Assembly: GCA_050012755.1 (NCBI GenBank)
Contig: JBEKGO010000031.1
Coordinates: 1-32,360, forward strand
DNA from: Candidatus Bathyarchaeia archaeon
GTDB taxonomy: Archaea > Thermoproteota > Bathyarchaeia > Bathyarchaeales > Bathycorpusculaceae
Length of the DNA stretch: 32,360 bases
Direction: 5' to 3'
In this document: positions 9,372-18,258 of the stretch, one piece after another
How the letters are laid out: the number at the start of each line of letters is the position of its first letter
How positions within the stretch are numbered: position 1 is the stretch's first letter
Notes under the pieces: generated by a model
The model's input: only the letters and a program-made list of their open reading frames with translations
Told to the model about the DNA's origin: nothing
Database searches by the model: none
Program-made: the position numbers and the translations under genes

Positions 9372-9506
9372 AAAAGCGTTTTTTAAAAAAATGTTTTGTT
9401 CCAGTTGAATGAGTTTTAATTACAGAAGTTGTTGATTGCTTTTCTTTTCCACAAATATTAAATTATTAGCAAACAACTAGCAAAGCGCGCAAAGAGTTGA
9501 ACGTCC

Positions 9507-10121
9507 ATGACTGTATCTGATAATCAAGTCCTTCTTGACATTTTGGAATTGTTGCATAAAAATATTAGTGATGACCCAGCGAGCCCTGGAGTAGACCGAG
9601 CCATAATACAGGCTACTCTACAAATATTACCAAAAGAAATGGATGATAACATGTCTTATTTAGCAGAGAGAAATCTGGTTGCACTTGCTGGAACTGCCAG
9701 CGGTAAATGGACATTTGCCAAAATTACAACCGACGGCATTGATTTCATTGATAATAAAGAACGCTATGAAGGCAAGTTCCCGTTCTCTCAAGCGTCAAGC
9801 CAGATTCAAGAGGAAGGCCAAGAAAAAGTTTTCCAAACAGTACAACCCCAAGCGAGTTTCCCTGAGCAGATATCAAACGCTTTCAAGCAAGCCAGTGACC
9901 AAGTTCTTGGCGCCAAAATTTCCTCCGGTGAGAAGGAAAAAATAGAGAAACAGTTGAAGTCTCTGGAAAAAGAACTGCTGAAAACCAAAAAAGCAGATTT
10001 AGGGGTAATACAAAAAGATTGGGAATGGCTAAAGAAAAACGCTGATTGGGTAATCCCAGCGCTCGCATCAGTGGTGTTGGAAGGAATCAGAGTTGCTCTG
10101 GATCTGCCGACTTCGGCTTAG
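9507..10121 (+). CDS. Hypothetical protein with N-terminal winged-helix-like region and helical C-terminus
   Basis: 204-aa ORF. YLAERNLV...AKITTDGIDFI resembles a wHTH recognition helix plus wing. Confidence 0.65.
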   Translation: MTVSDNQVLLDILELLHKNISDDPASPGVDRAIIQATLQILPKEMDDNMSYLAERNLVALAGTASGKWTFAKITTDGIDFIDNKERYEGKFPFSQASSQIQEEGQEKVFQTVQPQASFPEQISNAFKQASDQVLGAKISSGEKEKIEKQLKSLEKELLKTKKADLGVIQKDWEWLKKNADWVIPALASVVLEGIRVALDLPTSA

Positions 10122-10363
10122 TGTCCTGAATGAGTGAATAAAATCCGTGTGCCACATTTGGGGCATTCGTGATAAATTATTATTTTTTGACCGTTACATT
10201 TGGGTTTCATTTCAACGTAGCATGAAGGGCAAAGAGGTGCTTTAGGCATGGCTTTTCATCCAAACCTTAGTATGTGTTGGCGATATAACTTTTGCTTTGA
10301 AAAAAGCCAGATTCATTCATGGTCAATTTTCGCTAAACAAAAAATTTTCAAATCTTAATTGAC

Positions 10364-10379
10364 AAAAAAGAAAAAAGGA
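10364..10379 (-). terminator. Oligo-T terminator of the ESCRT-III gene
   Basis: Plus-strand AAAAAAAGAAAAAAGG gives a T-tract ~30 nt downstream of the minus-strand stop. Confidence 0.5.
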
Positions 10380-10409
10380 GTGGCAAAGAGAAGAAACGCT
10401 TGGTTTTCA

Positions 10410-11060
10410 TTAAGTTTGTGTTTTATTTGCTGTGCCAGATGGCATTCCAGGCGGCAAATCGGGGAAGTTCGAGTTGATTCTCTGTTCTGCTACGGTTGCT
10501 GCTTCAGCTAAGATTTTTTCAGCGTCTTCGTTGCACGTGTTGAAGTTTAGTGACATTCCGCCGCTTGTTCCTGCTTCAAACATTAAGCCGCTTAGCATGT
10601 TGCCGATGTCGCTTAGTTCGCCTTCTGCTTCAGGTAAGACTCCGCCAAGTCCACAACTGACACTGCGCAGCACTCCAACGCATGGTCCTAATGCAGAAAC
10701 TACGTCGCCGAGCTCTGAAACTGTTCTTATTCTGAGTGACACTTGATCGAGGGCAAGTCTTGCATTCATAATCAGTTTTGTCATTTTGCGGATTTCAGCT
10801 AATTCAGTGGCGTAAATGTTGGCGTGTGCTGAATCATGATTCGTGTACGCCTGTACTAGTTTAGAAAACAGCGTCTTGTCTTTCTGTGTGAAGCGTTCGT
10901 TAGCTTGGTCGAGCTTGTTAATTTGCAAGTCAAGTTTTCTTACAGCTAAGTCTAAGGCTGTCTTTAGTGGTGGCGGTGGCTGAATTGTGTCATGTATTGT
11001 TTTACCAAATGATTCTTCTTCTTTTTTTGCTTCCCATTTTTTAGCAAATCGTTCAGACAT
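10410..11060 (-). CDS. cdvB: ESCRT-III / Snf7-family protein (CdvB paralog)
   Basis: Helical core with ANIYATELAEIRK, LALDQVSLRIRTVSELGDVV..L.P, LPEAE.EL and EDAEKILAEA..VAE....FPDLP, all typical of TACK CdvB homologs. Confidence 0.85.
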   Translation of the reverse strand: MSERFAKKWEAKKEEESFGKTIHDTIQPPPPLKTALDLAVRKLDLQINKLDQANERFTQKDKTLFSKLVQAYTNHDSAHANIYATELAEIRKMTKLIMNARLALDQVSLRIRTVSELGDVVSALGPCVGVLRSVSCGLGGVLPEAEGELSDIGNMLSGLMFEAGTSGGMSLNFNTCNEDAEKILAEAATVAEQRINSNFPDLPPGMPSGTANKTQT

Positions 11061-11150
11061 GTTAATATCCTCTACATGATGATGCAGCAGTATGGGCTTT
11101 TAATGGTTGCTAACATGCTGATATATATGTAAAAAGCATCTGCCGCGTTT

Positions 11151-12002
11151 TTATTTCAAGCTGCCAAAAATGTAGGCTAACAAGCCGAAGATAAACCATA
11201 AAAGAACGTATTTTTTAATTCGCCGAGAATTCTCACGCGAATAATCCCTAATTAAAAGAACAGCGGAACCTACAAGTCCAATATTAGTTACTAAAACAAA
11301 TGGGATAAACCAAATGCCTACAAGATGCAATAACCATGTAACCGGCGTTAAAGCAACGGCGGAAACATAAAATACCGCAGCAGTAATTGCGGCTTTTTTT
11401 TGGCCAAACCGCACTGCCAGCGTCTTGATGCCTTCGGCTCCATCGCCTTTAACATCAACGATTCCCTTGGTGATTTCTCTGCCAGTATTAGCTAAAAAAG
11501 CCATCGAGGCAAAAAGCAAAACGTTAAGTTGCAAACCGCCAGTGATCGCGATGCTTCCGTAAACAAAAGGAATAGCGACGCATATGCTGACTAAAAAATT
11601 GCCCGGCAACCCGCTCCGTTTTCCCACAGTAACATACCCGACTGTTATTACCCATGCTGACACCGCCACAAGAAGACACAGGACACTTGACAAGTAAGCC
11701 AAAACAAAGCCAACCGCAGTAAGCACAGCGACAAAAGCCAAAGCCTCCCTGATACTGACTAAACCACTCGGAATCGGACGTGTTGTCTCGTTTACAGCAT
11801 CAATGTTTCTGTCGTAGTAATCATTGATTGTCATAGCGGCGGCGCAGAGCAGAAAACCTGTGAAGAAGCCAAAGATGATGTTTAGCCAGGTGCCTTGGAA
11901 GGGCTGGGAAACTGCCAAGAGTGCGCCGACAAAAACGGCGAAGCCCATCATTGCACAGTTGACTGGTCTCATTAACCGGATAAAGCCGCCAAGCTTGTTC
12001 AT
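11151..12002 (-). CDS. Digeranylgeranylglyceryl phosphate synthase (UbiA family)
   Basis: RPVNC, NDYYDRNIDAVNETTRPIPSG and REITKGIVDVKGD motifs. Multiple TM helices. Confidence 0.9.
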   Translation of the reverse strand: MNKLGGFIRLMRPVNCAMMGFAVFVGALLAVSQPFQGTWLNIIFGFFTGFLLCAAAMTINDYYDRNIDAVNETTRPIPSGLVSIREALAFVAVLTAVGFVLAYLSSVLCLLVAVSAWVITVGYVTVGKRSGLPGNFLVSICVAIPFVYGSIAITGGLQLNVLLFASMAFLANTGREITKGIVDVKGDGAEGIKTLAVRFGQKKAAITAAVFYVSAVALTPVTWLLHLVGIWFIPFVLVTNIGLVGSAVLLIRDYSRENSRRIKKYVLLWFIFGLLAYIFGSLK

Positions 12003-12346
12003 ATTACCTGACCGTTTTAGTTAAGTTTCATCGGCATATCCTATAAAAGCTTCTACTAATTTTCGTTCCTTGTCGAGTAGCAATGACTTTCAGGTTTAGT
12101 TAAAGCTTGGTTGAGAGGGACGCGGGATCAATTTGGCAAGTGGAACTTCGCGACTAAATTAAAACAGAAGTACATGGGTAGGCCATTTACGGGTTGAATT
12201 TAAATTTTGAAAAGTGACTAGCATCGCTGCTATAGATTCATAGCTAAAAAGTGCCAACTATTATCCGAAACTTAGTGCAAGCTGAAGAAACAGTTTTAAA
12301 AGGTTTTAACATAAAGTATCCTTAATAACAATTAATTGCTGGTGAG

Positions 12347-13645
12347 ATGTTGAGCGACAACTACGCGCCTCTGGTCGGAGATAACTATGCGCCTGAGAAA
12401 ATAAGAGTAATCATTCCTGTAGGCGGAAAAGCAACGCGCCTCCTGCCTCTGACGGCTGAAACGAGCAAAGCGTGCTTGCGTTTGTTAAACAGGCCGCTCG
12501 TAGAGTTTTCGCTTTTGTCGCTGGCAAGACAAGGCATGCGAAACTTTATCTTCGGAGTAAAAGGCTACACTAACTACCGAGATCTCTATGATTATTTTGA
12601 ATCAGGTTATGGATTTTCAGCCCGCTACAGCATCAAACCACGCATCCACATAAAATATCAGCCTAACGTGGAAGATTTAGGTAGTGCTGATTCAGCAAGA
12701 ATAAACATGGAGTATTATGAACTTAACAACCCAGTTTTTGCAGTGCAGGGCGACAACATATTTGACATTAAAGTCAAAAGCCTAATTGATTATCATAAAG
12801 AGAAATGCGCTGCCTTAACAATTGTGCTTCGTGAAGTTGAGAACGTGGAAGGCTTGGGTATAGCGGACATTGATAAAAATGGTTGCATTCAACGGTTTGT
12901 TGAGAAGCCTGTGCCGAAAGATGCTCCCAGCAACCTTGCCAACACAGGTTTGTATGTTTTGTCACCTGAAATAAGAAAGATTTTCAGGGAAAAAGGCATC
13001 CAACAAATAATTAAAGAAAAAAACAGGTTAGATTTCGGCTACGACTTCATCCCGTATGTAATCCAAACTGGACGCCCGGTTTACGGCTACACATTAAAAG
13101 GCAACTGGTTTGATGTAGGCACACCCAAAAACTACTTAGCTGCCATGAAAAACCTTCTAAGAGGAAATTTCTGCGCGCTCAATGATTTCGGCGATAGACT
13201 AAAAGAAGGAAGCCCAATTTGGGTACAAGGAGAAAGCAACGACTCACAAAAACGCCGCCAAGAAATTATCCAAAAAATAAAACAAAAGAAAATTACCCTT
13301 GAAGGCGCTGTTTTGATTGGTAGACACTGCCAAATTGAAGATGGTGCAAGAATAGTTGATTCATGTATTGACAACTTTACAAGAATTGGCAAAAACGCAG
13401 TTGTAATTAACTCTGCAGTAATGGATAGAGTGATTATTGGCGAATACGCTGAAGTGCACGACAGCATAATCGGAAGGCACGTTGTTGTTAATTCAAGCCA
13501 GCGTAAACCAACAAAAATAACAGCTATCTCGGTAGTTGCAGACGACGTTAAACTTGAAGAAGGCTGCATGCTTTCGGCATCAAAAATTTATCCGCATCAA
13601 ACCATTCGAGGAGAATTCCAGAACCAAACAATAGTAGCAAACTAA
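12347..13645 (+). CDS. NDP-sugar pyrophosphorylase (sugar-1-phosphate nucleotidyltransferase) with C-terminal left-handed beta-helix
   Basis: GGKATRLLPLT, LGSADS, QGDN, FVEKP, NTGLY, DFGYDFIP, WFDVGTP. C-terminal hexapeptide repeats. Confidence 0.9.
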   Translation: MLSDNYAPLVGDNYAPEKIRVIIPVGGKATRLLPLTAETSKACLRLLNRPLVEFSLLSLARQGMRNFIFGVKGYTNYRDLYDYFESGYGFSARYSIKPRIHIKYQPNVEDLGSADSARINMEYYELNNPVFAVQGDNIFDIKVKSLIDYHKEKCAALTIVLREVENVEGLGIADIDKNGCIQRFVEKPVPKDAPSNLANTGLYVLSPEIRKIFREKGIQQIIKEKNRLDFGYDFIPYVIQTGRPVYGYTLKGNWFDVGTPKNYLAAMKNLLRGNFCALNDFGDRLKEGSPIWVQGESNDSQKRRQEIIQKIKQKKITLEGAVLIGRHCQIEDGARIVDSCIDNFTRIGKNAVVINSAVMDRVIIGEYAEVHDSIIGRHVVVNSSQRKPTKITAISVVADDVKLEEGCMLSASKIYPHQTIRGEFQNQTIVAN

Positions 13646-13839
13646 AGTAAGGGCTTTAGGTTAGAATATTACTATTACTCTTTCTTTTATCTAAATTCCG
13701 GGTAAATCGCTTAAATCGCGGCTTTGTCAATTTGCTGGTTAATTGCTCTTGAAAAGCAAAAAATTTAGGTTTCTTCTTCGATTCTTTTTGGTCCCAAAAA
13801 AAGGGAAAGGGAAATTGATTTTTGTTTGCTGCGTCGTGT

Positions 13840-16563
13840 TTATTTTTTTCTCATCATCAGCACTGCTAGTACGGCGCCGATAATGATTATTACGACTATT
13901 ATGGCTACTCCGATGTACATGACGTCATTTGAGGTTGCTAATCCTGCTACTGGTGTTGTTGCTGGTGCAGCTGTAGCTGGTGGTAAGCTTGCATACATGT
14001 GTGCTTCAGCTGTTGATCCGTAGTATGAGTTGGAACCTGCGAATGATGCGATGACTGTGTAGTTGCCTGGTATGTCAGGTGTCCATGTGAACGCATATGT
14101 GCCGCTTGTGTCGCTTGTGGTTGTGCCGATTGTTCTAAAGTTGTTGTTGGCATCTATGACGCTTAAGGTAACTGGAACTCCGGTTGCGCCTGTCGGGAAC
14201 TGTTGCTGCTCGTATACATATTCCATCCAGTGACTCTGGCTAGCGTCAGAAACGCATGGTAGACCATTGGGGAAGTTTCTTGCAACTGCATCCTGTGATG
14301 CGCCTGCAGAGACATCCATTACTGTGCCTGTTATGGTTATTGGGGTAGCGGTTGTAACTCCAATACTTGGAGCTGTAACGGTTGTACTGCTTGGTCCTCT
14401 GGCGAATGCATAAATCTGGTTGTCGTAAGCGTTGCGTGACAGCATGACACCTTCTGTGATTGATGTGGATTCAATGGACATGTCCAATATGCTCCAATTC
14501 AATGTGCCAGTTGATGCGTTAACTGCCAGTAGTTGTGCTCCGTGGAATAGCGGTGGGTCGTATTCGTGTCCAATCATAAAGTATGCCGTATCATTGGTCA
14601 TGCAACAGCAACTGAAAGTCCATAGTGGCCAAAGATTGTAGGGGGTTTCAATTCCTGGAGAACCTATGAGCATAGTCGTGTTTGTGTACCAGTTTAGATG
14701 CCCTGTCTGATCGTTGATTGACCATATGTCTCCGCCGAAGCCTTCGATGTAGATTGAGTCGTTAGGTCCATTGTAGGTTTTGATGTTAAATTGGTCGTAC
14801 GCTTCTGGTGCAGCACCGTTAAAGCCTTTGAGAGTATATGTCCATTTTAGAGCACCTGTACGCGCATCATAAGCCACAACGGCCCAATTAGCCATGTTAA
14901 CGTTGATGAAAACTCCGTCTTGAATGTTCAATTGCGTTCTTGTAAAGGGTAGCAAGGTTTGATCAGTTGGGTATGTGAAGTTCTTGACCCATAGTTGAGC
15001 GCCAGTTGTTGCATCCATGGATGCTACGAGTAGGAAGCCATCCACATCTCCTCCAGCGCCTTGTCCTGTAGCAAATCCTGTGGTCATCATCACTGCATTG
15101 TTGGTTATTCCGTTTATCGCAAAAGCAGGATTATTCGTGCCTACGCCTATTGTTGGTGTTCCTGGACCTGTGTTGTTTTGGATTGGTTGAGCCCACATTA
15201 TTCCTTGTTCCCAGTTAATTATGGTGTTCACTGCTGGAGCCCATCCCCAAGTGTTGGCCATTAATTGCGACATGTTCCAACAGACTAAGTCAGGGTTGTT
15301 CGCCACGATAGTTGCGTGTCCTGTTACAGGTACTGAGCCCATTGCGGGTGCGTTTCCATATGTAGTTAAAGTGCCAACTGTGCTGTTGATGTAGTAGCCG
15401 ATTATGTTTGCGTTTGAATCTGTCGTAAGCGTTGCACTCGTACCGTTGACAATGCTAAGGATGTATTTTCCAGTCAAGCCGGAATACATGTTCCATTGTG
15501 TTCCTGTGGTGTTCATATATGGCGATGGTGTCGTACCCCCAATAGCGTTGGACTGCGATCCGATTTGCCTTCCGCCAGTGTCTGCTGCAGGAAGAGTTCC
15601 TGTAGTCCATATGTATGGCCCAACAGTGCCGTATGCGTTAATGGTTTTCCATTGAGGGGCATAACCGCATCGAAGAGCATTAGTAGTGTTTATTGTCCAG
15701 AGGTCTGCTCCGGTGAATAAGTTTGTTGCGAGAATGCCATTTGTGTAGCCTGTAGTTTCAACATAGTGTGTAGAATACATTATGCCGTCGATTATTACTG
15801 GCGCATATTTTGGCCAATACTGCGAAGTTGACCAGTAGCTGCTGCCTTGTTCATTTCCGCCGTTATCTGCTCCTCCGACCACTCCTCCTTCGCACCAAGG
15901 CTTTGTCCAGAGGATGTGACCTGAGTTCACCGATAAAGTGTAAGGATTATAGTTGCCAGTGCTATTGTAGCCGCCTGTTGCTGCGAAAGTGGGACCAAAA
16001 CCGTATCCCATCCAAGGTCCATTGATGGCATACCAGTTTTGTACGTTTTCAGCGGATATTGGATTTTCCCACCAGGATGTTGGAAGGGGAGTTACCGGGT
16101 ATGAACTTCTAGATACGGGTTCTTGCTGCACTACGAGGGTTACTATGTCACTTTGACTGGGTAAATTGTAAACGCCGTCGGTCATGTTTTGTCCACCATA
16201 GAAGAATTGGAATGTATAGTTGCCAAGTTGGTCGGGTGTAATTGTTGTGTATGTGCCGCCTGTAGCGTCTGACGTAAATGGCCCAAGGGTTGTTGTTGTT
16301 CCTGATGGGGTCACTTCTTTAATTGTGAAGGGTGTAGCGCCTTGGCTGGTAAGTAGTGGTAAAACAAGATACATGTTAAGCGTTACTATTTGACCGATAC
16401 CTGCGGGGTTTGGGCCAACGTTAAGGTGAGCATATGATGGAATTGAGGATCCTGCTGGAGGCGTGATTTGAGCTAATATCATTGGTGATACTGCGCCTGC
16501 AATTGAAAGCAGAAGAATTGCCGAAATCAAAAGAGATAAGAATTTATTTTTTGATATTTCCAT
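13840..16563 (-). CDS. Large secreted, membrane-anchored PQQ-like beta-propeller repeat protein
   Basis: Signal peptide. Repeated Trp-docking motifs (ATNLFTGADLW, MDATTGAQLW, YDARTGALKW, INDQTGHLNW, VNASTGTLNW). Ig-like flanking domains. C-terminal TM + RKK. Confidence 0.85.
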   Translation of the reverse strand: MEISKNKFLSLLISAILLLSIAGAVSPMILAQITPPAGSSIPSYAHLNVGPNPAGIGQIVTLNMYLVLPLLTSQGATPFTIKEVTPSGTTTTLGPFTSDATGGTYTTITPDQLGNYTFQFFYGGQNMTDGVYNLPSQSDIVTLVVQQEPVSRSSYPVTPLPTSWWENPISAENVQNWYAINGPWMGYGFGPTFAATGGYNSTGNYNPYTLSVNSGHILWTKPWCEGGVVGGADNGGNEQGSSYWSTSQYWPKYAPVIIDGIMYSTHYVETTGYTNGILATNLFTGADLWTINTTNALRCGYAPQWKTINAYGTVGPYIWTTGTLPAADTGGRQIGSQSNAIGGTTPSPYMNTTGTQWNMYSGLTGKYILSIVNGTSATLTTDSNANIIGYYINSTVGTLTTYGNAPAMGSVPVTGHATIVANNPDLVCWNMSQLMANTWGWAPAVNTIINWEQGIMWAQPIQNNTGPGTPTIGVGTNNPAFAINGITNNAVMMTTGFATGQGAGGDVDGFLLVASMDATTGAQLWVKNFTYPTDQTLLPFTRTQLNIQDGVFINVNMANWAVVAYDARTGALKWTYTLKGFNGAAPEAYDQFNIKTYNGPNDSIYIEGFGGDIWSINDQTGHLNWYTNTTMLIGSPGIETPYNLWPLWTFSCCCMTNDTAYFMIGHEYDPPLFHGAQLLAVNASTGTLNWSILDMSIESTSITEGVMLSRNAYDNQIYAFARGPSSTTVTAPSIGVTTATPITITGTVMDVSAGASQDAVARNFPNGLPCVSDASQSHWMEYVYEQQQFPTGATGVPVTLSVIDANNNFRTIGTTTSDTSGTYAFTWTPDIPGNYTVIASFAGSNSYYGSTAEAHMYASLPPATAAPATTPVAGLATSNDVMYIGVAIIVVIIIIGAVLAVLMMRKK

Positions 16564-16590
16564 TTTTTTTCATTCCTATAGTTTTTTGTT

Positions 16591-16650
16591 GAGCAAAAGC
16601 CTATAGCTTTCGCTCGTAGTGTTCTCGCTTCTACGGCTTATAAGCTTTTG
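16591..16650 (-). promoter_or_regulatory. Probable BRE/TATA promoter and 5'-UTR hairpin of the propeller gene
   Basis: Minus strand reads CAAAAGCTTATAAG (16650-16637), followed ~22 nt later by the hairpin GAGCGAAAGC-TATAG-GCTTTTGCTC (16615-16591). Confidence 0.55.
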
Positions 16651-16958
16651 CAAAAAACGACACTGCGTTGTTAAGGCATTTTAGCGCTTGCAAAAGTCTA
16701 CATCCAAGGAAATGTCTCATCGTTCATAAGGCTCAAAAACTGTCACCTTTCAGCGCTACAAGACTATTTGATCTCTCTGCTTGTCAAAGAATCTAATCTT
16801 CAGTGGCTTCCATAGTCATGATTGATTTTTTATTAAGTAACGGACAACCCGTCGCCCTAGCCAGTCCTGAGTCATCGGGTTAAGGCTGGATTGTTCCAAT
16901 AGACCTTATATCGTTCTTCAAGAGTATTGTCGATGGGTTATTGCTTGGAAATAGCAAA

Positions 16959-17513
16959 CTAGGCCTTAAACCACTTGAAAATCAAATACTTCACTTTATT
17001 TGAAACTAAATCAGGTACAGCTATAATAAAACGTTTACGAACCGTTGTTGCTAAACGTCCAGCCTTAACAATCTCTGTGGCTGATATGTCTGAGCCAGAT
17101 TTCTTGACAGAAACCATGTAGGGGGCATGTTCAACGCCTGGACCGTACTTGTAAACGGCGAAGTCGCAGCCAAACTTTATTCCAGGAGTAACAATTAGAG
17201 CGCTGTCTCTTAGGTCATGGTACACCGCGTATTTTTCTTCAAACTCATTGTACAACTGCTTCGCTTTCTGCTTTAGTTTCTTGAGGCTGACCTTGTTCAT
17301 GTCGGGGTTTTCGTAGATTTCTATTTTTTTGTTTTCGACAAGGTATAAGCCTTCCATCAGATCCAAAATTAAGGGGGCATCGAACTCGGGGATTTTTGGT
17401 TTTAAGATGCCAAGGGGTTTACCGTAATACCCTGCTTTATAGAGTTGTGAGCCTTCAGTTGAATCCCACACAACAAGAAAGTTTTCTATGAGTTCTACCT
17501 GTATTTTTGGCAT
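16959..17513 (-). CDS. endA: tRNA-intron endonuclease, catalytic subunit
   Basis: L.L.EGLYL, GIKFGCDFAVY..GPG.EHAPY and GRLATTVRK. The Tyr/His/Lys triad is present. Confidence 0.92.
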   Translation of the reverse strand: MPKIQVELIENFLVVWDSTEGSQLYKAGYYGKPLGILKPKIPEFDAPLILDLMEGLYLVENKKIEIYENPDMNKVSLKKLKQKAKQLYNEFEEKYAVYHDLRDSALIVTPGIKFGCDFAVYKYGPGVEHAPYMVSVKKSGSDISATEIVKAGRLATTVRKRFIIAVPDLVSNKVKYLIFKWFKA

Positions 17514-17524
17514 GAAAGTCGCTC

Positions 17525-18184
17525 TTACATTATGAAGGACAGCATTCGTGCGGCGTCAGCCGCGTCTTCTGCTTTGTCAGCGGAGTTTTCAAGCAATTGA
17601 AGAATATCTCTAAGAAGCAGCAGAACTGAAACGTCAAGTTTGCCGTTGAGAACTTTTATAGTTAAGGCTCGGAATTGGTCGTCTACTATGCGCTCAGCAA
17701 TCTCAACGTCTTTTGCTTTTTCCAAGGTTTTTTGTGAGCCATAGTTTAGAACCATCATGGTTTCTCTGAGTTTCAGAACGGTGTCTAAGACAGCCACGGA
17801 AAGTTTAAGCAAGTCTTTTTTGACATCAGATGAAATAACCCAGTTATGCTCCATTATTTCAACTATGTAGTAAGCAATTCCTTCTGAGAAATCAGCTATT
17901 TCACTTGATAAATTCGTGAATCGCAAAAAGTCTTCTCGGGCAATCAGAATGGCACCTATTGAAGCTAGTTCTTGAGAAACCATGCGTCTTGCTTTGACAA
18001 CTTCTTCTTCGCCTGTTCTGATTTCGCTTAAGAGTTTCCTTGCGTTTTCTTTATCTCCGCTTGCAAAATACTCAACAAGTTGAGGGATTTTTCTGGATAC
18101 GTCTACGACTTTGCGCAGGTTATCGTTGCAAGCGTTTAAAGCTCGTCTCTTGACCCGTTCTTCTGTTTCTGATGGAAGTACCAT
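17525..18184 (-). CDS. DUF47 / PhoU-like phosphate transport regulator
   Basis: Duplicated helical repeat with REDFL....EIAD and E...D...R...LENSADKAEDAAD motifs. Confidence 0.8.
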   Translation of the reverse strand: MVLPSETEERVKRRALNACNDNLRKVVDVSRKIPQLVEYFASGDKENARKLLSEIRTGEEEVVKARRMVSQELASIGAILIAREDFLRFTNLSSEIADFSEGIAYYIVEIMEHNWVISSDVKKDLLKLSVAVLDTVLKLRETMMVLNYGSQKTLEKAKDVEIAERIVDDQFRALTIKVLNGKLDVSVLLLLRDILQLLENSADKAEDAADAARMLSFIM

Positions 18185-18258
18185 TCTGTTTCCCCCGCCG
18201 ACAATTATCCCTAATTTTACATTGTTACTTAACCAGTGTTTATTAAAAAAGGTAGCTC

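Noticed and set aside
6042-10121. Integron cassette array
   Set aside because: Genes are in mixed orientation, I saw no convincing RYYYAAC...GTTRRRY attC pairs, and there is no integrase.
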